Source: Pseudoalteromonas translucida KMM 520 (GTDB lineage Bacteria > Pseudomonadota > Gammaproteobacteria > Enterobacterales > Alteromonadaceae). Taken from it: DNA of 32,000 bases. The notes under the pieces were generated by a model. It searched no databases. It was not told the DNA's origin and saw only the letters and a list, made by a program, of their open reading frames with translations. The stretch is taken from NCBI RefSeq assembly GCF_001465295.1, contig NZ_CP011035.1, positions 510,001-542,000 of the forward strand. The letters are read 5' to 3'. Of this stretch, positions 1 through 7,898 are shown in pieces (within the stretch, counting starts at the first letter, position 1; the number at the start of each line of letters is the position of its first letter). The translations under genes and the position numbers were made by a program.

Positions 1-437
1 TTATTCTCTGGCGTATCATGTGTACGAAAGACAACCCCATCAACAGCTAATAGATTTAAGCCACAAAATGTATCAAAGTGGGCATGATTATAATGCCGTG
101 ACGCCATCATCTTGAAGACCTGCTCGACAGCACCTTCACCTAAGCGTTGTCTCGCTTGAACCATGGCACTAGGGGCAACTAGTTTCCCTTTACCTGGTAA
201 GGCGATGTCCATTTTAGAGGCTATATCCCAAACAGATTCATGACGAAATAAACTCATACCAATCACAGACCAAACGACAGCGTCGAGTGGTAAACGACGT
301 TTACGAACGGTGGCGACCCCCGATTTTTCAAAAGCTTGGTTAAGTAATTCGGGATCTAATATGCCAGATAAGTTATCAAGCGCTGTAAATTCCTCGGCAG
401 ATGAGAAAGTGGTCGAAAGAGCTGTTTGAATATCCAT
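1..437 (-). CDS. IS4 family transposase, N-terminal ~145 aa (partial at the window edge)
   Basis: The start is ATG at 437..435. My translation is MDIQTALSTTFSSAEEFTALDNLSGILDPELLNQAFEKSGVATVRKRRLPLDAVVWSVIGMSLFRHE...PSAMVQARQRLGEGAVEQVF...CGLNLLAVDGVVFRTHDTPEN. This aligns block by block with my memory of E. coli IS4 InsG (LDPELISRCLAESGTVTLRKRRLPLEMMVWCIVGMAL...PSAVIQARQRLG...CGLTLLAIDGVFWRTPDTPEN). It is absent from the supplied ORF track because no stop codon lies in the window. Confidence 0.85.
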   Translation of the reverse strand, partial: MDIQTALSTTFSSAEEFTALDNLSGILDPELLNQAFEKSGVATVRKRRLPLDAVVWSVIGMSLFRHESVWDIASKMDIALPGKGKLVAPSAMVQARQRLGEGAVEQVFKMMASRHYNHAHFDTFCGLNLLAVDGVVFRTHDTPEN

Positions 438-441
438 AAAA

Positions 442-472
442 AATCCGTAATTAGCGAAACTAATTACGGATT
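442..472 (-). promoter_or_regulatory. Perfect 13-bp hairpin plus a T-run immediately upstream of the transposase ATG; putative insulator against read-through transcription
   Basis: The minus strand reads AATCCGTAATTAG-TTTCG-CTAATTACGGATT followed by TTTT and then ATG. A candidate transposase promoter is TTGACC (plus 492..497), a 16-nt spacer, then AATAAT (plus 470..475). Its -10 overlaps the 5' arm of the hairpin. Confidence 0.5.
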
Positions 473-525
473 ATTCACGATCATTTAGATCGGTCAACCG
501 ATCAATTAACCTTAACTGATCGGCA

Positions 526-1269
526 TTACACCGATATACCGCCTTTTAAAAGTTTACTAAGCGAGCCGGTATTAATGTTTATGCCATCAGCAGAAAGGTC
601 AATTTCTATACCAGAGTTAACCCAAAAAATAGAATTTAAGGTGATCAGGTTTTCGTAGGGTGCTTTAATAAAAATACCGTACTTCATGGCTTGGTTTTTC
701 CAATCAAATGTCGCGGTTTCTATTTGCCCAATTTTATAGTTTTTGAAAAATATACCGGTACTTACTTCAAGTACCTCAGCGTTGTAGCTCAATAACTTAA
801 AGCGTCCACCTTTAACATCTTTACCGATTAAGGCAGGCTCGTCTTGTAGTTCAAACTTTTCTTTTTTCTTTTTGCTTTCACCTGGCGAAAACTCTAAATA
901 CACACCTGATAAAAGCGTACTCATGCCACTAATGCCGGTTTCATCTATACGCGGTTTTACCACCCAAATTTTGGCATCTTCGGTGAGTAAGTTATCGTAG
1001 TTTTTATCAATTTGAGCGCGGGCAATAACACTGTCTTGCGTGTCGGATAAACGCACATGATCTATTTGGCCAATTTTAACACTGCGTACTTTAATTTCGG
1101 TTTTACCCGCAACTATCCCCTCCGCTTGTGGCATGGTTATATAAATAGTGGGGCCTAAATTAGTTTGGTATTGATACAGCATCCAAACCCCCACAAGCAG
1201 GGCAATAACGGGAATAATCCAAATTGCAGAAATTTTTGATTTTTGTTTAATATTAGCGGTTTCGGTCAT
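526..1269 (-). pseudogene. pqiB: pqiB (intermembrane transport / MCE-domain protein) truncated by the IS insertion; only the N-terminal 247 codons remain
   Basis: The N-terminal TM segment and first MCE regions align with E. coli PqiB as I recall it (546 aa). The ORF ends at GSLSKLLKGGISV, which corresponds to E. coli GSLTTLLSGGVSF near residue ~255. The stop codon TAA (528..526) is the first three bases of the IS end. The start overlaps the pqiA stop as ATGA. Confidence 0.8.
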
Positions 1270-2495
1270 GCATTATTCTCTGCGTTATTATTTTTAGGTG
1301 AATCCCATAGCAAACGTGGGTCAAAGGCGTGAGCTGCCATCATTTGACATAGTACCATAACAGTAAAAAAGGCAACGCCTAAGCCGGGCGTTACCGACAT
1401 TAAGTTACCCAATTGTACCAAAGCAACTAAAATGGCCACAACAAATACATCAATCATAGACCATTTCCCAATAAATTCAGTAAGTTGATAAATACGTGTA
1501 TACCCTATGGTGTGATCATTTGCGGGTTTGGCAACCATAAAGCACAAAAAGCTCAATACTAAAGCCTTTGCAAGTGGGACTACAACACTGGCAATAAATA
1601 TAATCATGGCAATAGGGTATGAGCCATTTTTCCACAGTGCAATAACACCAGCAATTAAGGTTGAAGGACTTTCATCGCCTAAACTGGTGGTATACATAAT
1701 GGGTAAAACATTGGCTGGAATATAGCAAATAATAGAGGTAATTAACCAAGCGGTAGCTTTTTGTACACTGTTGGGGTTTCTAATATAGGTTTTACTATGG
1801 CAGCGATTACAAACACTTTGCGTGCATAGTTGATGGCACACATGACAAGCTTTAATATCGTTATCAATGGCGCGATGAGTAAGGTTTATATTTTCAAGTT
1901 TTTCTACTGGGCCAATTTGTGCCCACAAGCGGGGGCGGTTTAAATGCGTTAACGCACTAATATATAAAATAACAAAACCCACATAAGCCCAAAAGCTCAC
2001 CCCAAAACTAATATCCGCGAGAGACATTATTTTAACCATACTGACAAGTACGCCAATGAGAAAAATCTCCGACATAATCCAAGGTTCAAGCGCTAGGGTA
2101 AATTTTAATAATCGTCGAGCAATACCTTGAGGTAACGCTCTAAGCGCGCCTAAATGTAATGGTATTAGTATAATAAGTAAGCTCATAGGCAGGGCTATAA
2201 TACTTAAATCTATAAATAGCCCTAACAAGTTACTATCATAATTAAATAAAATACGTGCGGCATCGGGCAAGGTTATAGTTTGCGTTATCCCACTGCTGCT
2301 AAACGAAATAAAAGGATAAAACATGCTGCTGAGTAGCATTAGCAAAGCACTAAAGCTCAGGGCTACAACTCGGCTGTCGTGATCTGTATCTGAGTCAGAA
2401 ACCTTATGCCCGCAATGGGGGCACGTTGCGACATTTTTTGCCTCAACCAGGGGTATCTCAATAATATAGTCGCAACAAGGACACGCTATTTGCAA
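1266..2495 (-). CDS. pqiA: Paraquat-inducible protein A (PqiA family inner-membrane protein)
   Basis: The 409-aa product has two CxxC...CxxC zinc-finger-like modules (CPCC..CPHCGH; CHVCH..CNRCH), each followed by polytopic TM segments. It is translationally coupled to pqiB. Confidence 0.85.
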   Translation of the reverse strand: MQIACPCCDYIIEIPLVEAKNVATCPHCGHKVSDSDTDHDSRVVALSFSALLMLLSSMFYPFISFSSSGITQTITLPDAARILFNYDSNLLGLFIDLSIIALPMSLLIILIPLHLGALRALPQGIARRLLKFTLALEPWIMSEIFLIGVLVSMVKIMSLADISFGVSFWAYVGFVILYISALTHLNRPRLWAQIGPVEKLENINLTHRAIDNDIKACHVCHQLCTQSVCNRCHSKTYIRNPNSVQKATAWLITSIICYIPANVLPIMYTTSLGDESPSTLIAGVIALWKNGSYPIAMIIFIASVVVPLAKALVLSFLCFMVAKPANDHTIGYTRIYQLTEFIGKWSMIDVFVVAILVALVQLGNLMSVTPGLGVAFFTVMVLCQMMAAHAFDPRLLWDSPKNNNAENNA

Positions 2496-2651
2496 AGTGT
2501 TCGCTTAGAATTAAACAAAGAGTTAAATTTTGCTATAATTATCGCCTAAATACAAATGTTATGACTGTTGTTGAGCGTAATTAATTATTAGTTAAGAGCG
2601 CATTGCAGTGGCACTCGCTACATTATATATACTAACACCACTGCTTATACA

Positions 2652-3467
2652 TCAATCAAATAATGCCACTGTTTGGCGAGTAAGGGCAATCAGCTCACCC
2701 GATTGCGACCAAATGCAGCCGTCTTCTAAGCCGTAACCACCTTTTGCATGATGGGTAATTGCTTCAAAGCCCAACCATTGACCAGGAATTAAGTTAGGCG
2801 CTTGCACAAATTCTAAATACCACGACATGCTACTGGCAGGCGCTGGTTGTTTAAACATTTGTAATAAGGTAGGAGGCCATGCATCGGTTAGTGCTATAAC
2901 ATGTGCTTCTGTAATGGCCGTTGGGGTTTCTTTAAAGCGCATCCACCCGCCTAAATGGGAGGTTTCTGCACTGCTAAAAGGCATAGCACCTTGTTGCGGG
3001 CATAATTCAACATGTTGAAAAAACTCCGGCATTTGCCCTTGTATAAATGGCAATGTATGGCGCTCATTAACTTCGTGTAAACCTAACGACTTTGCAACGG
3101 GTACATTAATAGCTGAGTTGCGATTACTAGCAAAGCAGGCTTGTACAATAACACACACTTGCTCGTTTTGAATTGCTTTGGCCAGTACTTGAGTACTACT
3201 TTTGCCTTCACGCAGTATTTTTACCGATAAAGAAAATGGCGTATCGGCAAGCAGTGGGCCAACAAAGTTAGTACTTAAAGACAATAACCGGCGCTCACTA
3301 TTTACTTGAGATCTCATTGCTTGATATAAAAGTGCTGCAGATAACCCACCAAAAGCGGTGCGTCCTTGGCACCAATTAGCTTCAAACTGCATAGTGTTTG
3401 CCACATTATTAGTGTCGTCTTGATTGTTAATATTAGCGGCTTGTTGCAGCAAATGATCGAAATTCAT
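2652..3467 (-). CDS. Acyl-CoA thioesterase family protein (double hotdog, TesB-like)
   Basis: The ORF is 271 aa. The size and the motif GRTAFGGLSAALLYQA are typical of the thioesterase-II-like family. The assignment is from memory of the family and was not aligned. Confidence 0.55.
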   Translation of the reverse strand: MNFDHLLQQAANINNQDDTNNVANTMQFEANWCQGRTAFGGLSAALLYQAMRSQVNSERRLLSLSTNFVGPLLADTPFSLSVKILREGKSSTQVLAKAIQNEQVCVIVQACFASNRNSAINVPVAKSLGLHEVNERHTLPFIQGQMPEFFQHVELCPQQGAMPFSSAETSHLGGWMRFKETPTAITEAHVIALTDAWPPTLLQMFKQPAPASSMSWYLEFVQAPNLIPGQWLGFEAITHHAKGGYGLEDGCIWSQSGELIALTRQTVALFD

Positions 3468-3646
3468 TAGTTAGCGTGTCCTTAAAAGTACGAATTACTA
3501 AATATATAACACAGCCAAACTTGTCAGACCAGCAATTAAAGTTCAATACAAACGGCGTAAAAACCAGCGTTGCTAGCAAATATTGCACTTTATTTAGCTT
3601 ATTTTGTAAAAAAATCAAAAAAAATGATATTTTTTTCATTTTTACA

Positions 3647-3675
3647 GTTGAATTAAGTTTGCAGCATCCCTATTA
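3647..3675 (+). promoter_or_regulatory. Sigma-32 (heat shock) type promoter of dnaK
   Basis: GTTGAAT (3647..3653), a 14-nt spacer, then CCCTATTA (3668..3675). The E. coli RpoH consensus is CTTGAAA-N13-15-CCCCATNT. The site lies ~45 bp upstream of the dnaK ATG, and a GGAG RBS sits at 3711..3714. Confidence 0.65.
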
Positions 3676-3721
3676 ACTAGTCATCGAACGTATTAACGAA
3701 TATTGAAGTTGGAGAAATTTC

Positions 3722-5638
3722 ATGGGTAGAATTATTGGAATAGACTTAGGTACTACAAACTCTTGTGTTGCAGTACTTGATGGTGGCAAAGCACGTGTTA
3801 TTGAAAACGCGGAAGGCGATCGCACAACCCCGTCTGTTATTGCTTATACGCAAGACGGTGAAACTTTAGTTGGTCAGCCAGCTAAACGTCAAGCGGTTAC
3901 TAACCCAACAAACACAGTATTTGCTATTAAGCGTTTAATTGGTCGTCGTTTTGAAGACGAAGAAGTACAACGCGATATCGGCATCATGCCATTTAAAATT
4001 GTTAAAGCCGATAACGGTGATGCATGGGTTGAAGCGGGCGGCGAAAAACGCGCTGCACCACAAATCTCTGCTGAAATCCTGAAAAAAATGAAGAAAACGG
4101 CTGAAGACTTCTTAGGTGAAGCAGTAACTGAAGCTGTTATCACAGTACCGGCATACTTTAACGATTCACAGCGTCAAGCTACAAAAGATGCGGGTCGTAT
4201 TGCAGGCCTTGAAGTTAAACGTATCATCAACGAGCCAACTGCTGCAGCACTTGCTTACGGTATGGACAAAAACCGTGGTGAAAACATTGTTGCAGTATAC
4301 GACTTAGGTGGCGGTACTTTCGATTTATCAATTATTGAAATTGATGAAGTTGAAGGCGAGCACACGTTTGAAGTACTTGCTACAAATGGTGACACGCACT
4401 TAGGTGGTGAAGATTTCGATAACCGCGTAATCAACTACCTAGTAGCTGAATTTAAGAAAGACCAAGGTCTAGACTTAAAAACTGACCCACTTGCAATGCA
4501 ACGTGTTAAAGAAGCAGCTGAAAAAGCGAAGATTGAACTATCTTCTGCACAGTCTACAGAAGTAAACCTTCCGTATGTAACTGCAGATGCAACAGGTCCT
4601 AAGCACATGAACGTGAAACTAACACGTGCTAAGCTTGAGTCACTTGTTGAAGACTTAGTAACTAAGTCAATTGAACCATTAAAACGTGCACTTGCTGATG
4701 CTGATTTATCAGTAAGCGACATCAACGACATTATTCTTGTTGGTGGCCAAACACGTATGCCTTTAGTACAAAAAACAGTTGCTGAGTTCTTTGGTAAAGA
4801 GCCACGTAAAGATGTTAACCCTGATGAAGCTGTTGCAGTAGGCGCGGCAATTCAAGGTGGTGTACTAGCCGGTGACGTTAAAGATGTACTATTACTAGAC
4901 GTTTCTCCATTATCTCTAGGTATTGAGACAATGGGCTCGGTAATGACAGCACTAATTGAGAAAAACACCACGATTCCTACTAAGAAATCGCAAACTTTCT
5001 CAACAGCTGAAGATAACCAAGCTGCAGTAACAATTCATGTACTGCAAGGTGAGCGTAAGCGTTCAAGCGACAATAAATCTCTAGGTCAATTTAACCTAGA
5101 AGGTATTCGTCCAGCACAACGTGGTACACCACAAATCGAAGTAACATTCGATGTGGATGCCGATGGTATCTTACATGTGTCTGCTAAAGATAAAGATACA
5201 GGTAAAGAGCAAAAAATTACGATTCAAGCATCTTCAGGCTTAAGCGATGAAGAAGTTGAACAAATGATTCGTGATGCTGAAGCGCATGCCGAAGATGACA
5301 AAAAATTCGAAGAGCTAGTAGCGACTCGTAACCAAGCAGATGCAATGGTTCACGGCACACGCAAGCAAATTGAAGAAGCTGGCGATGCACTTCCAAGTGA
5401 AGACAAAGAAGCGATTGAAGCGGCTGTAGTTGACCTTGAAACTGCTATTAAGAGTGACAAGAAAGACGAAATTGAAGCTAAAACTCAAGCGCTTGCTGAA
5501 AAATCTCAAAAGCTTATGGAAATTGCACAAGCTAAAGCTCAACAAGGTTCAGCTGACGCAGGCGAGCAACAACAATCTGCTAAGCAAGATGACGACGTAG
5601 TTGATGCAGAGTTTGAAGAAGTTAAAGACGACAAGTAA
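3722..5638 (+). CDS. dnaK: Molecular chaperone DnaK (Hsp70)
   Basis: The 638-aa product starts with the canonical [18 protein letters not shown] and carries the DLGGGTFD and [15 protein letters not shown] motifs and an acidic C-terminus. Confidence 0.99.
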   Translation: MGRIIGIDLGTTNSCVAVLDGGKARVIENAEGDRTTPSVIAYTQDGETLVGQPAKRQAVTNPTNTVFAIKRLIGRRFEDEEVQRDIGIMPFKIVKADNGDAWVEAGGEKRAAPQISAEILKKMKKTAEDFLGEAVTEAVITVPAYFNDSQRQATKDAGRIAGLEVKRIINEPTAAALAYGMDKNRGENIVAVYDLGGGTFDLSIIEIDEVEGEHTFEVLATNGDTHLGGEDFDNRVINYLVAEFKKDQGLDLKTDPLAMQRVKEAAEKAKIELSSAQSTEVNLPYVTADATGPKHMNVKLTRAKLESLVEDLVTKSIEPLKRALADADLSVSDINDIILVGGQTRMPLVQKTVAEFFGKEPRKDVNPDEAVAVGAAIQGGVLAGDVKDVLLLDVSPLSLGIETMGSVMTALIEKNTTIPTKKSQTFSTAEDNQAAVTIHVLQGERKRSSDNKSLGQFNLEGIRPAQRGTPQIEVTFDVDADGILHVSAKDKDTGKEQKITIQASSGLSDEEVEQMIRDAEAHAEDDKKFEELVATRNQADAMVHGTRKQIEEAGDALPSEDKEAIEAAVVDLETAIKSDKKDEIEAKTQALAEKSQKLMEIAQAKAQQGSADAGEQQQSAKQDDDVVDAEFEEVKDDK

Positions 5639-5711
5639 TTGTTGCTTACGCTTCTAGCTAACACAAAGCACTGTAACTTAGTTAAGTGTTTACGTTAGAA
5701 TGAACGATTGA

Positions 5712-5742
5712 GGCGCGCAGGCAATAGCTTGACGCGCCTTTT
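5712..5742 (+). terminator. Rho-independent terminator or attenuator between dnaK and dnaJ
   Basis: The stem is GGCGCG (5712..5717) paired with CGCGCC (5733..5738), followed by TTTT. Confidence 0.6.
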
Positions 5743-5827
5743 GCATGAGAATTAGGTGGTAAATCGATACGATTTATCGGTTTATCAAGCAGCCTAGCTG
5801 CAAATAGAAAAGAGTAGTGTGGTAGAT

Positions 5828-6970
5828 ATGTCAAAACGCGATTATTACGAAGTCCTCGGCGTAAGCAAAGATGCGAGTGAGCGAGACATTAAAAAAGCGT
5901 ATAAACGCTTAGCGATGAAATATCATCCAGATCGTACTTCAGGCGACAAAGAGCTTGAAACAAAGTTTAAAGAAGTAAAAGAAGCTTACGAGATATTAAC
6001 TGACGCGCAAAAACGTCAAACTTACGACCAATACGGCCATGCAGCTTTTGAGCAAGGTGGTGGCGGTGGTGGTCATGGTGGTTTTGGCGGCGGTCATGGC
6101 GACTTTGGCGATGTTTTTGGTGATGTTTTTGGTGATATTTTTGGTGGCGGCGGTGGCCGACGTCAATCTCGTCAGCAACGTGGATCTGATTTGCGTTATA
6201 ACATGGACTTAAGCTTAGAAGAAGCGGTTCGTGGTAAAGAAGTCGAAATTAAAATACCAACTTGGGTAGGCTGTGATCCATGTGATGGCAGCGGTGCTAA
6301 GGCCGGCTCTAAGCCTAAAACATGTACTACGTGTCATGGTGCTGGGCAAGTACAAATGCGCCAAGGTTTTTTTGCTGTTCAGCAAACGTGTCCTACGTGT
6401 CAGGGCCAAGGTCAGATTATATCTAACCCTTGTGACAGTTGTCATGGACAAGGCCGCGTAGAAAAAACGAAAACCTTATCGGTTAAAATTCCTGCGGGTG
6501 TTGATACCGGCGATCGTATTCGTTTAACGGGCGAAGGCGAGGCGGGACTGCATGGTGCGCCTTCTGGCGACTTGTACGTGCAAGTATCTGTTCGTGAACA
6601 TCGTATTTTTGTACGTGACGCAAATAACTTACATTGTGAAGTTCCTATTAGCTTTACTACAGCGGGTCTTGGTGGCGAAATTGAAGTGCCAACACTTGAT
6701 GGACGCGCTAAGCTGAAAATTCCTTCTGAAACACAAACGGGCAAAATGTTCCGTATGCGTGGCAAAGGCGTTAAATCTGTTCGCAGTGGTGCAATAGGCG
6801 ACTTAATTTGTAAAGTGGTTATTGAAACACCAATAAACCTGAACGAGCGTCAGCGTGAATTATTAGAAGAATTAGAAGAAAGCATGGGCAAAGATAGCTC
6901 AAAAAACCGTCCTAAAGAGCAAGGCTTTTTTGACGGTGTTAAAAAGTTTTTTGATGATTTAACTAAATAA
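5828..6970 (+). CDS. dnaJ: Molecular chaperone DnaJ (Hsp40)
   Basis: The product begins [12 protein letters not shown] (J domain with HPD). It has a G/F-rich region, four CxxCxGxG zinc-finger repeats and a C-terminal substrate-binding domain. I chose the ATG at 5828 over the GTG at 5819 in the ORF track because DnaJ N-termini are conserved. Confidence 0.97.
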   Translation: MSKRDYYEVLGVSKDASERDIKKAYKRLAMKYHPDRTSGDKELETKFKEVKEAYEILTDAQKRQTYDQYGHAAFEQGGGGGGHGGFGGGHGDFGDVFGDVFGDIFGGGGGRRQSRQQRGSDLRYNMDLSLEEAVRGKEVEIKIPTWVGCDPCDGSGAKAGSKPKTCTTCHGAGQVQMRQGFFAVQQTCPTCQGQGQIISNPCDSCHGQGRVEKTKTLSVKIPAGVDTGDRIRLTGEGEAGLHGAPSGDLYVQVSVREHRIFVRDANNLHCEVPISFTTAGLGGEIEVPTLDGRAKLKIPSETQTGKMFRMRGKGVKSVRSGAIGDLICKVVIETPINLNERQRELLEELEESMGKDSSKNRPKEQGFFDGVKKFFDDLTK

Positions 6971-6993
6971 TTAAATGTGTTTTATAATATTAA

Positions 6994-7021
6994 ACGGCGC
7001 TTTTATAGCGTCGTTTTTTTT
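6994..7021 (+). terminator. Rho-independent terminator after dnaJ
   Basis: ACGGCGCT-TTTA-TAGCGTCGT forms an 8-bp stem with one G-U pair, followed by a run of 8 T. Confidence 0.7.
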
Positions 7022-7046
7022 GCTCAAAATAATAGCGTAGCAACAT

Positions 7047-7508
7047 ATGACACCAGCAATAGAGTTACTGAAAAAACAAAAAATTGGCTTTGAATTATTA
7101 AGCTATGAGCACGATCCAAACACCACTAACTTTGGCCTTGAAGCAGCCCAAAAGCTCAACCTTAATAGAGAACAGGTGTTTAAAACCATAGTGCTTGAAA
7201 ACCAAGATGGACAGCTCATAGTCGCCATTACACCTGTTTCTCAGCAAGTTAATTTAAAGCAGCTTGCCTCATTGTGTGGTGCTAAAAAGGTAGCCATGGC
7301 TGCGGCAAAAAAAGTTCAAGCAAGCACAGGTTATGTATTAGGAGGCGTGAGCCCACTGGGACAAAAAAAACGTCTTGCCACTTTTTTGCATAGTAGCGCT
7401 GCACAATTTGCATGTATTTATGTAAGTGCGGGTAAACGTGGCTTAGACATTGCGATTAACCCACATGAGTTAGCCAAATTAACAGCAGCGGTGCTGGGGG
7501 AATTTTAA
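7047..7508 (+). CDS. ybaK: Cys-tRNA(Pro)/Cys-tRNA(Cys) deacylase YbaK
   Basis: The 153-aa product matches the YbaK/EbsC family pattern (AIELLKKQKI.F....YEHD......G.EAA..L......VFKT.V; GYVLGGVSPLGQKK). Confidence 0.85.
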   Translation: MTPAIELLKKQKIGFELLSYEHDPNTTNFGLEAAQKLNLNREQVFKTIVLENQDGQLIVAITPVSQQVNLKQLASLCGAKKVAMAAAKKVQASTGYVLGGVSPLGQKKRLATFLHSSAAQFACIYVSAGKRGLDIAINPHELAKLTAAVLGEF

Positions 7509-7564
7509 TAGGCATTGATTTTATAACGCCTAGTTAATTAAATTACTGCAAAAATGGAGGACAA

Positions 7565-7816
7565 ATGGCAAAGCCAAATAAAAAAGGGCCAACCAAAACG
7601 GTCGATATATTTTGCTCAAGCTGCAGGGCACCTTTATTTAAGTATCGTAAAGGGGGAAAAGGTGCGTTAGTTAAATGTTTTATTGAGCGCATTAGCCAAG
7701 ACTATACTAAGCAGCCTTGTATTTGCCCAAGATGCGAACGTCCATTTGCGCGGCCCGCGATTATTAAAGGCACTGCTGCATATAAAATGATTGGTGGAAA
7801 AGTCACTTTTAAATAA
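7565..7816 (+). CDS. Small basic zinc-ribbon protein of unknown function
   Basis: The ORF is 83 aa. A strong GGAGG RBS sits 5 nt upstream of the ATG. Two Cys pairs are present (CSSC at residues 17-20 and CPRC at residues 54-57). I do not recognise the family. Confidence 0.55.
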   Translation: MAKPNKKGPTKTVDIFCSSCRAPLFKYRKGGKGALVKCFIERISQDYTKQPCICPRCERPFARPAIIKGTAAYKMIGGKVTFK

Positions 7817-7841
7817 TAACATTGGTCACACACCTTTAAAT

Positions 7842-7872
7842 TAGCACCCAGCTGTTAATGAGGTGGGTGCTA
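7842..7872. terminator. Hairpin between convergent genes; possible bidirectional terminator
   Basis: TAGCACCCA (7842..7850) pairs with TGGGTGCTA (7864..7872) around a 13-nt loop. The flanking U-tracts are weak on both strands. Confidence 0.4.
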
Positions 7873-7898
7873 AAATAACAAACGGCTATTAATTATGT

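Larger units (their letters stand above)
1..528 (-). mobile_element. IS4-family insertion sequence, partial. The right-hand end is in the window and the rest runs off the left edge.
   Basis: It contains the N-terminal part of an IS4-type transposase. On the transposase strand the outermost bases read TAATGCCGATCAGTTAAGG (plus 528..510). The truncated pqiB reading frame stops exactly at this boundary. The other end and the target duplication lie outside the window. Confidence 0.75.

Noticed and set aside
3433-3676. Two ~66-aa ORFs, one on each strand, in the dnaK upstream region
   Set aside because: This is an AT-rich promoter region holding the sigma-32 promoter. The ORFs overlap each other and have no RBS and no recognisable sequence features.
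6107-6142. A 3 x 12-bp tandem repeat (GGYGATRTTTTT) in dnaJ
   Set aside because: It is in frame and encodes the [14 protein letters not shown] part of the normal DnaJ G/F-rich linker. It is not an independent repeat element.
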